Positions 50,622 to 58,739 of a stretch of 64,000 bases of DNA are shown here, in pieces. The position numbers and the translations under genes are program-made. The first letter of the stretch is position 1. Every line of letters begins with the position of its first letter. The DNA comes from Selenomonas ruminantium. Its GTDB lineage: Bacteria; Bacillota; Negativicutes; Selenomonadales; Selenomonadaceae. The stretch is taken from NCBI GenBank assembly GCA_946541505.1, contig CAMNJO010000006.1, positions 2,423-66,422 on the forward strand, written 5' to 3'. The notes under the pieces were generated by a model, which did not search any database, was not told the origin of the DNA, and worked only from the letters and a program-made list of their open reading frames with translations.

Positions 50622-51156
50622 CGGAAATCTCCTCAGGCATATCGACCACCATACGGGCGCCTGGCACATCAATTTCCTTGACCACGGCCTTGAGCGCCGG
50701 AATCAACAGTTCCCCGCCATCTGTGCGACGGGCCTGATAGACGTCATTGCTGCCGGTGCGCAGGACATTTTCCACCTTGCCCAGTTCGTTGCCGTCCATA
50801 TCGTAAACCGTCAGACCGATGATGTCAAAGGTGTAATATTCGCCTTCCTGCAAGGGAGCAGCCTCGCTGCGGTCAACGGTCAAAAGTTTGCCCGTCAGGC
50901 TCATGGCAGCTTCCCGTACAGGATATTCCTTAAACTTCATCAGCACATACTGCTTATGGTACTTGCAGCTTTCAATATGGAGCAATTCACTGCCGACCAT
51001 GACCTCTTTCATGGTTTCAAAGCGCTCCACAAAGTCCGTCAGCGGAATGATGCGCATTTCCCCATGAATGCCATGAGGCGCCCCCACCTTGCCGATGGTC
51101 ACGCGATTCTTGTCGCGCTTGTTTTTCTTAGCTGCGAATGGCGATAACTTTGTCAT
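50611..51156 (-). CDS. rimM: Ribosome maturation factor RimM
   Basis: IGKVGAPHGIHGE, GSNDVY, LLIP. Confidence 0.94.
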   Translation of the reverse strand: MTKLSPFAAKKNKRDKNRVTIGKVGAPHGIHGEMRIIPLTDFVERFETMKEVMVGSELLHIESCKYHKQYVLMKFKEYPVREAAMSLTGKLLTVDRSEAAPLQEGEYYTFDIIGLTVYDMDGNELGKVENVLRTGSNDVYQARRTDGGELLIPALKAVVKEIDVPGARMVVDMPEEISDAH

Positions 51157-51559
51157 CTTCTACCAGCACTTCCACGTTCATGATTTCACGCATATCGTCG
51201 CCCACGTGCACTTCCACCTGATGTTCCAGCGTGCCCTGCACGATTTCGGCACCGATAACCATTTTTTCCATTTCTTCCTTGCGGGCAAGGGATTCTTCAC
51301 GGAACTGGAGACGCTTATTGCGTTCTTCGCCGAAATGCGCCTGAATGGCCTGATAGCGCTGAACTTCTTCCATCGTGGGCTGTTCCGGATTAGCGGGCTG
51401 GTTTTCCTGCATTACGCGCTTTTCCTGAATATCCATCTGCTGAAGTTCGAGCTCCGTGCGCTTGATAGCTTCTTCCAAATCCGTCAGAATTTTCGTCTTG
51501 AGTTTTTCCGTTAATTTTGCCTTAATCGTTACAGGCACTTTCAGTGATATAGAATCCAT
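51128..51559 (-). CDS. ylqD: YlqD family protein
   Basis: Coiled coil, VQGTLE, EVHVGD; position between khpA and rimM. Confidence 0.8.
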   Translation of the reverse strand: MDSISLKVPVTIKAKLTEKLKTKILTDLEEAIKRTELELQQMDIQEKRVMQENQPANPEQPTMEEVQRYQAIQAHFGEERNKRLQFREESLARKEEMEKMVIGAEIVQGTLEHQVEVHVGDDMREIMNVEVLVEDDKVIAIRS

Positions 51560-51636
51560 GACAGTTCCTCTTTTCTTCTTTTAATTTACAGCAAAAAACG
51601 GCAAGACACCCATAAGGTAATCCTGCCGCTTTTCAT

Positions 51637-51864
51637 TTAAATAATCTCAACCGTGACTTTCGTATTTTCCCGAGTGGCTGCGGCTTTGACCACGGTGCGC
51701 AAGGCTTTGGCAATGCGCCCCTGGCGTCCGATGACCTTACCCATGTCATCTTCAGCCACATGAAGGACAAGCACGGTCTGCCCATCCTCCTGCCGTGAAG
51801 AAACCTCCACAGCGTCTGGATGCTCCACCAGGGATTTGGCGATTACTGCAACAAGTTTTTCCAT
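51637..51864 (-). CDS. khpA: KH domain RNA-binding protein KhpA/YlqC
   Basis: DMGKVIGRQGRIAKALRT. Confidence 0.9.
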   Translation of the reverse strand: MEKLVAVIAKSLVEHPDAVEVSSRQEDGQTVLVLHVAEDDMGKVIGRQGRIAKALRTVVKAAATRENTKVTVEII

Positions 51865-51879
51865 GTCGCTTCTCTCCAA

Positions 51880-52149
51880 TTACTTTTTCTTGGATTCAGC
51901 GAACTTGGCCATAATGCCCTGCTTGCTGAACAGATTTTTAACGGTATCGGTCGGCTGAGCACCTTTGTTCATCCAATCAAGAACCTTTGCTTCGTCGAGA
52001 TTAACGACTGCCGGCTGCTTGGAGGGGTCGTAGTTACCGAGGATTTCGATGAAACGACCATCACGCGGAGCGCGGGAATCAGCTACTACCACACGGTAGA
52101 ACGGGTTCTTCTTTGCACCCATACGGTTCAAACGAATCTTTACTGCCAT
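51880..52149 (-). CDS. rpsP: 30S ribosomal protein S16
   Basis: [24 protein letters not shown]. Confidence 0.98.
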   Translation of the reverse strand: MAVKIRLNRMGAKKNPFYRVVVADSRAPRDGRFIEILGNYDPSKQPAVVNLDEAKVLDWMNKGAQPTDTVKNLFSKQGIMAKFAESKKK

Positions 52150-52185
52150 GAAATTTCACCACCTTTCGCAAATAAGGGTTAAAAC

Positions 52186-53568
52186 TTAACGCATAAACGG
52201 CATTTTCGGGAAACCACCGAGATTTCCGAGCGCCCCCAAACCGGGGAAACCTTTGCCCTTCTGCATTTTTTTCATCTTCTTCATCATCTTGCGCATTTCA
52301 CCGAACTGCTTTAAGAGCTTGTTGACATCCTGCACGCGCGTGCCGGAGCCCATAGCAATACGCTTGCGGCGGCTGCCGTTGATGATGGTAATGTCGGCGC
52401 GTTCCTTTGGTGTCATGGAGCGGATAATCGCCTCAATCTGGCGCATCTCCTTGCCATCGAGGTCAATATCCTGACCTTCGAGCTGTTTTTTGAGACCGCC
52501 CATGCCGGGAATCATGCCCAAAATGTTTTCGAGCGAGCCAAGCTTCTTGACCTGCTGCATCTGGGATAAGAAGTCGTCCAAGGTGAATTCATCCTTGCGC
52601 AGCTTCTTTTCCATCTTTTTGGCTTCTTCCATATCGAAGGTCTGCTGGGCTTTTTCCACGAGAGAAAGCACATCGCCCATACCCAGAATACGGGAAGCCA
52701 TGCGGTCGGGGTGGAATGGCTGGAGAGGCTCCAGTTTCTCGCCCATACCGATGAATTTTATGGGAACATTCGTGACTGCTTTGACGGAAAGCGCCGCACC
52801 ACCGCGGGCATCGCCGTCCAGCTTGGTCATGATGACACCGTCAAGTCCAAGACTGTCATTAAAGGTCTGCGCCACATTGACCGATTCCTGACCGGTCATC
52901 GCATCGACAACCAACAGGATTTCGTGGGGCTTAACCTCAGCCTTGATATCGCGAAGCTCCTGCATCAGGGCTTCATCTATCTGCAAACGGCCTGCCGTAT
53001 CGATGATAATGACATCATTGGCATGGCTTTGCGAATAAGCAATGGACGATTTGGCAATCGTCACCGCATCCGTGCCCTGTTCCATCGAGAACACGGGAAT
53101 GTCGAGCTGTTTGCCGACTACCTGCAGCTGCTTTATTGCTGCCGGACGATAGATATCACAGGCAACGAGCAATGGACGTTTGCCCTGCTTTTTAAGGGAC
53201 AAGCCCAGTTTACCGGCAGAAGTGGTCTTACCTGCACCCTGAAGTCCTGCCATCATGATGATGGTCGGCGGATTCGGACTGATGTTGATACGGCTCTGCG
53301 TGCCGCCCATGAGGTTCGTGAGTTCCTCATCAACAATCTTAATAACCACCTGAGCCGGCGTCAGGGTTTCCAGAATATCCTGACCAATGGCCCGTTCCTT
53401 AACGGTCTTTATAAAATTCTTGACGACCTTGAAGTTAACATCTGCTTCCAGAAGTGCCATCCGCACTTCCCGCATGGCCTCGTTGACATCATCCTCCGTC
53501 AACTTGCCATGACCGCGAAGCTTTTTGAATGTTTCCTGCAATCGGTCGGATAAACTCTCAAATATCAA
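52186..53568 (-). CDS. ffh: Signal recognition particle protein
   Basis: GLQGAGKTT, DTAGR, TKLDGDARGG, M domain. Confidence 0.98.
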   Translation of the reverse strand: MIFESLSDRLQETFKKLRGHGKLTEDDVNEAMREVRMALLEADVNFKVVKNFIKTVKERAIGQDILETLTPAQVVIKIVDEELTNLMGGTQSRINISPNPPTIIMMAGLQGAGKTTSAGKLGLSLKKQGKRPLLVACDIYRPAAIKQLQVVGKQLDIPVFSMEQGTDAVTIAKSSIAYSQSHANDVIIIDTAGRLQIDEALMQELRDIKAEVKPHEILLVVDAMTGQESVNVAQTFNDSLGLDGVIMTKLDGDARGGAALSVKAVTNVPIKFIGMGEKLEPLQPFHPDRMASRILGMGDVLSLVEKAQQTFDMEEAKKMEKKLRKDEFTLDDFLSQMQQVKKLGSLENILGMIPGMGGLKKQLEGQDIDLDGKEMRQIEAIIRSMTPKERADITIINGSRRKRIAMGSGTRVQDVNKLLKQFGEMRKMMKKMKKMQKGKGFPGLGALGNLGGFPKMPFMR

Positions 53569-53930
53569 ACGGATACCTCCTGACCGTGTCCCTGCATAAC
53601 GTAGGGTTCCAAGCGGTCAAGGACCTCATCTACAGCCTGAGCGTTTCCCGGCTGCTTCAGCCCTTTGATTGCTTCATAGATTTTTGCCAGTTCCTGACGT
53701 TCCCTTTGATAGCGGCCTGCCAGCCCCAGCTTCTTTTCGTAAGACTCCATCGCCTTTTCACTGCGGTGGATATTGTCGTAAACCGCCTGCCGGGATATGC
53801 CCAGCTCCTCGCCGATTTCCGATAACGAAAAGTCCTCGAACAGGTGCAAGCGCAAGCATTCCTGCTGCTTCTCCGTAAGTAAAGCTCCATACAGGTCAAA
53901 TAAAGTAGACAAATATAAGAACTGCTCCAT
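53565..53930 (-). CDS. ylxM: YlxM family protein
   Basis: YGALLTEKQ, SLSEI, ISRQAVYD, YEKKL; upstream of ffh. Confidence 0.9.
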   Translation of the reverse strand: MEQFLYLSTLFDLYGALLTEKQQECLRLHLFEDFSLSEIGEELGISRQAVYDNIHRSEKAMESYEKKLGLAGRYQRERQELAKIYEAIKGLKQPGNAQAVDEVLDRLEPYVMQGHGQEVSV

Positions 53931-54054
53931 CACGGCCATCACCTGCTTCAGAAATAGGTGCCAAGGTTTTCCCCTTGACATAGCTATTATAACGAAGCCC
54001 CTATAGCCTGTCAAGTGTTTTTCCTTGGCACCTGTAAAAAAACAAGAAAAAATT

Positions 54055-55134
54055 TCAGATTTTCACGTATTCAGGACCCATTTCCAATATATTCTGACCA
54101 TCGCCTTCCAACACAGCCGCAAAATCGTGGGCTGTGCCATTGAAATCCAGGTCTACGGTAGTATTGCCAAACGAAGCTTGCCGCACATAGACATTGCTGA
54201 CCCCCGGAAGCCCTTCTAAATAATTGGTAATCTCTGTGATGCTTCCCCATTTATTTTGCGTAACCACCAGCGTTATGTGCTGACTGGGATTCACGGCCTT
54301 GCCCAATGCCGCTTCGCCCACAGCTTTTGCTATTCCTCTGGAAGCTTCCGCAATAGCGGCATCGGCACCGCCGCTGCTGTTATAATGCGGGGACTTGCCG
54401 TAAAAGTTGCCGGCATAAACCACAGCTCCGGTATTGGTATTGACCATCCGCACCGCAATGGCTGCGGCTGTCTTTTTCAGATAGGCAACACGGTTGACGG
54501 TCAAATTTACCTGTGCCGTGACCAGATAATCCACCGGAGCCTGAACCTTCAGACTCTGCCACAGCTTTTTATCCCCGGAAAACTGTGCTGCCATAAGCTG
54601 ACGCCGCTGGGCATTGCTGATCTGTCCCATATCGACCACACGGCTAAAGCCCTGACCGGTCAATCCGCTGATAACCGTGTTTTCTACCGTGGAATAAACT
54701 TTCCCCTGACTGTCCATCGCGATTACGCCGATGCGAGGGTCCTGCATATTCATGCCGATAACGGCTTTTTTCTGTGCCAACGTACCTAAGGCTGCACTGA
54801 GCTTTTGTTCCTGCACATCCACCTGCACCTTAGCCGTATGGATACCATTAACCGCGGACTGTTCCAGCACCGTATAACTCTTGATATAGCCATCGGACTG
54901 CGTATAAACCTTGTCGTAAATCAGCTTATAATTGCTCACATAGGTGCGGCTGTCCACCATAACGCCAATCTGCTGCTCCACGGCCTGCCTGAGCGCCGCC
55001 TTCACCGCCGCCCGCTCAGAACTTCCCTGACCGGTCACCGTCACTACCGCCGCCGTGCTTAACGGCAAATAAGCCAGCATACATACGACCAGACAAAGAC
55101 CGCTCTTTACTAATCTTTTCACCCCGCTCACCAC
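54055..55134 (-). CDS. Secreted protein with FlgT N-terminal/LPP20-like domain
   Basis: Signal peptide; VTGQG...AALRQAVEQ..GV.VDS.T motif. Confidence 0.6.
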   Translation of the reverse strand: MVSGVKRLVKSGLCLVVCMLAYLPLSTAAVVTVTGQGSSERAAVKAALRQAVEQQIGVMVDSRTYVSNYKLIYDKVYTQSDGYIKSYTVLEQSAVNGIHTAKVQVDVQEQKLSAALGTLAQKKAVIGMNMQDPRIGVIAMDSQGKVYSTVENTVISGLTGQGFSRVVDMGQISNAQRRQLMAAQFSGDKKLWQSLKVQAPVDYLVTAQVNLTVNRVAYLKKTAAAIAVRMVNTNTGAVVYAGNFYGKSPHYNSSGGADAAIAEASRGIAKAVGEAALGKAVNPSQHITLVVTQNKWGSITEITNYLEGLPGVSNVYVRQASFGNTTVDLDFNGTAHDFAAVLEGDGQNILEMGPEYVKI

Positions 55135-55507
55135 CTTTCCCCTATTTTAACATTTGCCTTCCAATATGTAAAATGACCCGTCAATTGACAGGTCATTTTC
55201 CTTACTGTTCTCTATGTGACTCTTCCAGAGCTTTTAATTCTGCCTCCCGCTCATCTGTCGGCTGTTTCACCTTAAGCATCATGGCATCCCCTATGTATAG
55301 TTGAGTATATCCTATTAGTACAGGCCCGCACGATCGTTAATGACAAAGACCGTCCCTTTCACTTTCTCTTTAGAATTGTTTATTTTCTACTATATTTATT
55401 AGCATTGCTTATCTATATTAGCACGTTTAGACGAAAAAAAATACCCTCTAAATATATTTGCGGTCATGCTGTGGTCACGGGATATTCGTGACCACAGCAA
55501 AAAAGAA

Positions 55508-55530
55508 GCTGTGATGATAAGCATCACAGC
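55508..55530 (-). terminator. Probable terminator of lysis transcript
   Basis: GCTGTGATG/CATCACAGC stem followed by TTCTTTTTT on the minus strand. Confidence 0.55.
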
Positions 55531-55649
55531 CCGCTGTCGCGATTATCACGGCTACGGCGATAACTCATATCGTCGTTATCATAACGGTCGTAAAACCTGG
55601 CAGATATGCAGCCGGATAATCTTCCGCCAACAATCTCCTTTTTTTTAAT

Positions 55650-56225
55650 TTATAAGTCGAGATATATGATATTCCCGTCAAATTGCTTTCCGCCGATATT
55701 TAAACTGTCTGTATACTGCCACATGTACCCTTTCAAATCGTCCTGCTTGCCCCACTGCGCATTCCACACTGCACATCCTAGGCCCTGCCAGTCGATATAA
55801 TCTTCCAGCCAGGACATCGACGCATACACGCCACAATCGAGAGGTTTGATTTCATCAAGAAAAGCACGACAGATAGCCGTGATATTTTCCCGGGAGAAGT
55901 CGAACCCGTGTCTCCGTTTATACCCGTCCGCATCCTCCACATCGAACCAAACCGGCAATTCTAAGAGCACACCTGCCTCATCAATTATCCGTTTACAACT
56001 CTGTGCTTCCTGCCTCGCCTGTTCCGGGTTCAGTGCATAACTGTAATGATACGCACCGCAGGACAGGCCTGCGGAATGGGCGCCATCTACGTTCCGCAAG
56101 AAATCCTCATCTTTACTATACCGGCCGTAACTACTCCGCACGATGGCGAAACGCTGGCCAGCCGCCGCCACCGCCGGCCAGTCCACAACACCATTATTCT
56201 CTGATACGTCAACGCCCTTTACCAT
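55650..56225 (-). CDS. GH25 muramidase (endolysin), catalytic domain only
   Basis: GVDVSENNG.VDW, GAYHYSYA, FDVED, WQYT. Confidence 0.9.
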   Translation of the reverse strand: MVKGVDVSENNGVVDWPAVAAAGQRFAIVRSSYGRYSKDEDFLRNVDGAHSAGLSCGAYHYSYALNPEQARQEAQSCKRIIDEAGVLLELPVWFDVEDADGYKRRHGFDFSRENITAICRAFLDEIKPLDCGVYASMSWLEDYIDWQGLGCAVWNAQWGKQDDLKGYMWQYTDSLNIGGKQFDGNIIYLDL

Positions 56226-56382
56226 TATAACCGTCCTCCTTTTTCACCAATTCGTCGTTATCGTCATATTGTGGTAACTTAATTATGGTTTCGTTTAGAT
56301 ACTCCCATGCGTCGGGGAGATAACTTTCACAGAATAAAAGTTGTTGTTTTAAGTCAAGCTCTCTTAGATTTTTTAGTTCCAT
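56209..56382 (-). CDS. Small hypothetical protein (57 aa) between holin and lysin
   Basis: ATG preceded by AAAGGGGG; MELKNLRELDLKQQLLFCESYLPDAWEYLNETIIKLPQYDDNDELVKKEDGYNGKGR; overlaps both neighbours. Confidence 0.55.
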   Translation of the reverse strand: MELKNLRELDLKQQLLFCESYLPDAWEYLNETIIKLPQYDDNDELVKKEDGYNGKGR

Positions 56383-56824
56383 TGGAGTTGTCCCCCTTTA
56401 CCTGTTTGAGCGTGTCAACGAGCTTTTGAGGCATAGGAATTCCAATATTTGCCGCGTTCTCCACAATGGACAAACCTTCAATCCCAATAAAAAACCACGT
56501 TGTCATTGTGCATACTAATTGAGCTTGAAGGGCGGCGTCCAGTTTGTGCGTAAACGCCACAATCGCAATAATAAAAACCTTTTTGATAATACCACGGAAA
56601 CCGATTCGGCTGTCCAGTTTCAGCAATGGGTTAAAATACGCCGCCGCAAGGCCGGTGATATAATCTATTATCATTGCAAAAACCAAACACTCCAAAACGC
56701 TGTTCCATGTACCGAAAAGATAGGTGCCGATAAACCCCAACACGCCAGTCATTCCCCCTAGTTTTACTTCGAAAGTTGATGGCAGGAAAAACCGGATTAA
56801 GTTCTGCACGTCCAAAATAATCAC
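56354..56824 (-). CDS. Phage holin (phage_holin_4_1 / toxin-secretion holin family)
   Basis: DYITG, SRIGFRGIIKK, EGLSIVENA..GIP.P. Confidence 0.9.
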   Translation of the reverse strand: MIILDVQNLIRFFLPSTFEVKLGGMTGVLGFIGTYLFGTWNSVLECLVFAMIIDYITGLAAAYFNPLLKLDSRIGFRGIIKKVFIIAIVAFTHKLDAALQAQLVCTMTTWFFIGIEGLSIVENAANIGIPMPQKLVDTLKQVKGDNSNGTKKSKRA

Positions 56825-56827
56825 CCC

Positions 56828-58603
56828 CTAATTTGAATTATTTGTGTTTTGGCCCGGCCGCGAAACCGGGGTTCTTATTATTTTGCGCATCCGCCGGAGC
56901 CGCGTGTTGGCAATATGTGTATCTAAATAATCGCATTGACCATTTTGACACATAAGCAACCTATCCCCAAAATCCGCCGCTAGTGTTTTTGGAGAATTCG
57001 GGAACTTGTAACAACTGATATGAGGAAAAACCCAGTATAAAAGCTCCGTACCGCCGTGGACTAGACCGTACCTTGTATCAAGCCAACAATTTCCATGGAA
57101 CCTATAATCGTCGATTATCCTATTGGAGCCCTGCGCAATACTAAGAGCGCCGTAATCAATACCGTCTTGTGCTTTTAGTGTAGCGGAAAACCCGTCCGGC
57201 AGGGCCGTAGATAAATCATTTAGCTTGTATACACTCGGAAAGCGTGTGACCCGCGAAATGGCGTTATAATACGTCCATGATGTTACCCCGGAAAGCCCGC
57301 TCGCGAATCCCACTTGCGGGGCGCCTGTTATGTCCTCGTCGGCCCTCGGTACTGCGTATTTTACAAAATATGAATAAGAGCCACCGTGGTTCGCGGAACT
57401 GTTGAAATACTCGTCAAACGGTGTCCCTACTGGCCCCGCACTCCCCGGACCAATAAAAACATCGGCGTCCTCCGACGCGTCGTGTGGTACCGTCTCCGGC
57501 TCCCACCCGGTCGTCGTGTAATAGGCCCCCACATCTTTATAATAATTCCTATGGACTACGGTGGCCCGGCCGGAAGAATCCAGTTTCACCGCGGCAAAAA
57601 GTCGTCCCACACTTTCCCAGTATTCTGTCGAGTCGCCGGGGGCCTCATGCCCTGTTTGCTCGCCGCTGTATGTGACTGTTTCGTAACAAGAGACGATATC
57701 CGTTGCACCGATAAACGGTTCCCGGCTTATTATATCCCTGCTAAGAGTGGAATATATGTGGAATAACGGCCGCCCTACAGACTGCGGAACTGTATGGCAA
57801 ATACTTAACCCCCGCACCGAAACCCCTACCAACAATTCCCAATTCCCTTTTTCGTCTGTAAATCGAAAGTACAGGTATTGCGACGAAAACAGGCCGCCGA
57901 ATTTATAATCGTCCGTGCCAGCTATTTTCACAAAATCGCTAATCGCCGCATTGACGAAAGTATTGTCTTTAATTGCAATAGTTTCGGACCGGGTGCCGAG
58001 GCTATTTTCGATAAGAATCTCGCTATCATTCGCGCTACAAATCTGCTCCCCTTCCGGTACCGTTGCAATAGAATATCCAATCGGGGTTCCCTTATCGTTA
58101 GATAGAATTTCGGCGTCTACCACCGCCCGCCCCGGCGCTGATTTTTCAAGGAATAGACTGCGACCGTTATTTACTAAAAAAGAACTCGTTGTCATTGACC
58201 CGATATGTTTAGGCTTTCGAATAGCGCGGTCCGTATAATATCCCTGATACCAGTTATCCGCCCCCCATGGCAAACCAATAAACGGAACGCCGGAAAAAGC
58301 GGCTGGCGGGTTGACCTGCTCCCGCGGCGGCGTATGACCATAGGCCACCCGCCCATCTGTCCAAATCCGGTCCCCCGGTCTGACCTGCACGTTTCCAATC
58401 GTCCGTAGCACCCGACCGCCCGCCGTAACGGTGCCGAGGCCAACACTCTCAACCGTGGCCGGGTAAAAATACCGGATTGCGTTTGGCACATTGATTTTAG
58501 ACACCGACGACCACCGCCATTCTACCGCCGTCCGGAATGAGGCACCACACTGAATCACCATCCGCGAAATAGATATCAACGGCCGCGGTATACGGCAAAA
58601 CAC
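56828..58603 (-). CDS. Phage-associated hypothetical protein, possible tail spike/receptor-binding; true start probably near 58504
   Basis: Long beta-rich ORF directly upstream of holin. Confidence 0.45.
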   Translation of the reverse strand: MFCRIPRPLISISRMVIQCGASFRTAVEWRWSSVSKINVPNAIRYFYPATVESVGLGTVTAGGRVLRTIGNVQVRPGDRIWTDGRVAYGHTPPREQVNPPAAFSGVPFIGLPWGADNWYQGYYTDRAIRKPKHIGSMTTSSFLVNNGRSLFLEKSAPGRAVVDAEILSNDKGTPIGYSIATVPEGEQICSANDSEILIENSLGTRSETIAIKDNTFVNAAISDFVKIAGTDDYKFGGLFSSQYLYFRFTDEKGNWELLVGVSVRGLSICHTVPQSVGRPLFHIYSTLSRDIISREPFIGATDIVSCYETVTYSGEQTGHEAPGDSTEYWESVGRLFAAVKLDSSGRATVVHRNYYKDVGAYYTTTGWEPETVPHDASEDADVFIGPGSAGPVGTPFDEYFNSSANHGGSYSYFVKYAVPRADEDITGAPQVGFASGLSGVTSWTYYNAISRVTRFPSVYKLNDLSTALPDGFSATLKAQDGIDYGALSIAQGSNRIIDDYRFHGNCWLDTRYGLVHGGTELLYWVFPHISCYKFPNSPKTLAADFGDRLLMCQNGQCDYLDTHIANTRLRRMRKIIRTPVSRPGQNTNNSN

Positions 58604-58739
58604 GATTTCCGATAACCACGTTTCCGCCGCTGACGATACCGCGTTTTACTTTTTGATTTTGCGTGGTGACATAGATAGCACTTGTCACCATATTGCTGAC
58701 CGCCTGTTTCATATTTCTTAAATCGACCATCAATACCAC
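58497..58739 (-). CDS. Small phage tail/baseplate-like hypothetical protein
   Basis: 80-aa ORF coupled to neighbours; beta-rich motif GNVVIGNRVL...GDSVWC. Confidence 0.55.
   Translation of the reverse strand: MVLMVDLRNMKQAVSNMVTSAIYVTTQNQKVKRGIVSGGNVVIGNRVLPYTAAVDIYFADGDSVWCLIPDGGRMAVVVGV

Noticed and set aside
55202-55282. 26-codon minus-strand ORF MMLKVKQPTDEREAELKALEESHREQ followed by a hairpin at about 55170-55199
   Set aside because: Too short and weakly supported to call; may be a gene remnant at the phage boundary
55520-55570. Lipobox-like stretch VIAVAVIIATAGC on the minus strand (possible spanin)
   Set aside because: Directly preceded by an in-frame TGA, with no usable start or RBS
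55461-55640. Possible CRISPR array or DGR template repeat
   Set aside because: No identical repeats with unique spacers, no cas or reverse transcriptase gene, and no TR/VR pair seen by eye
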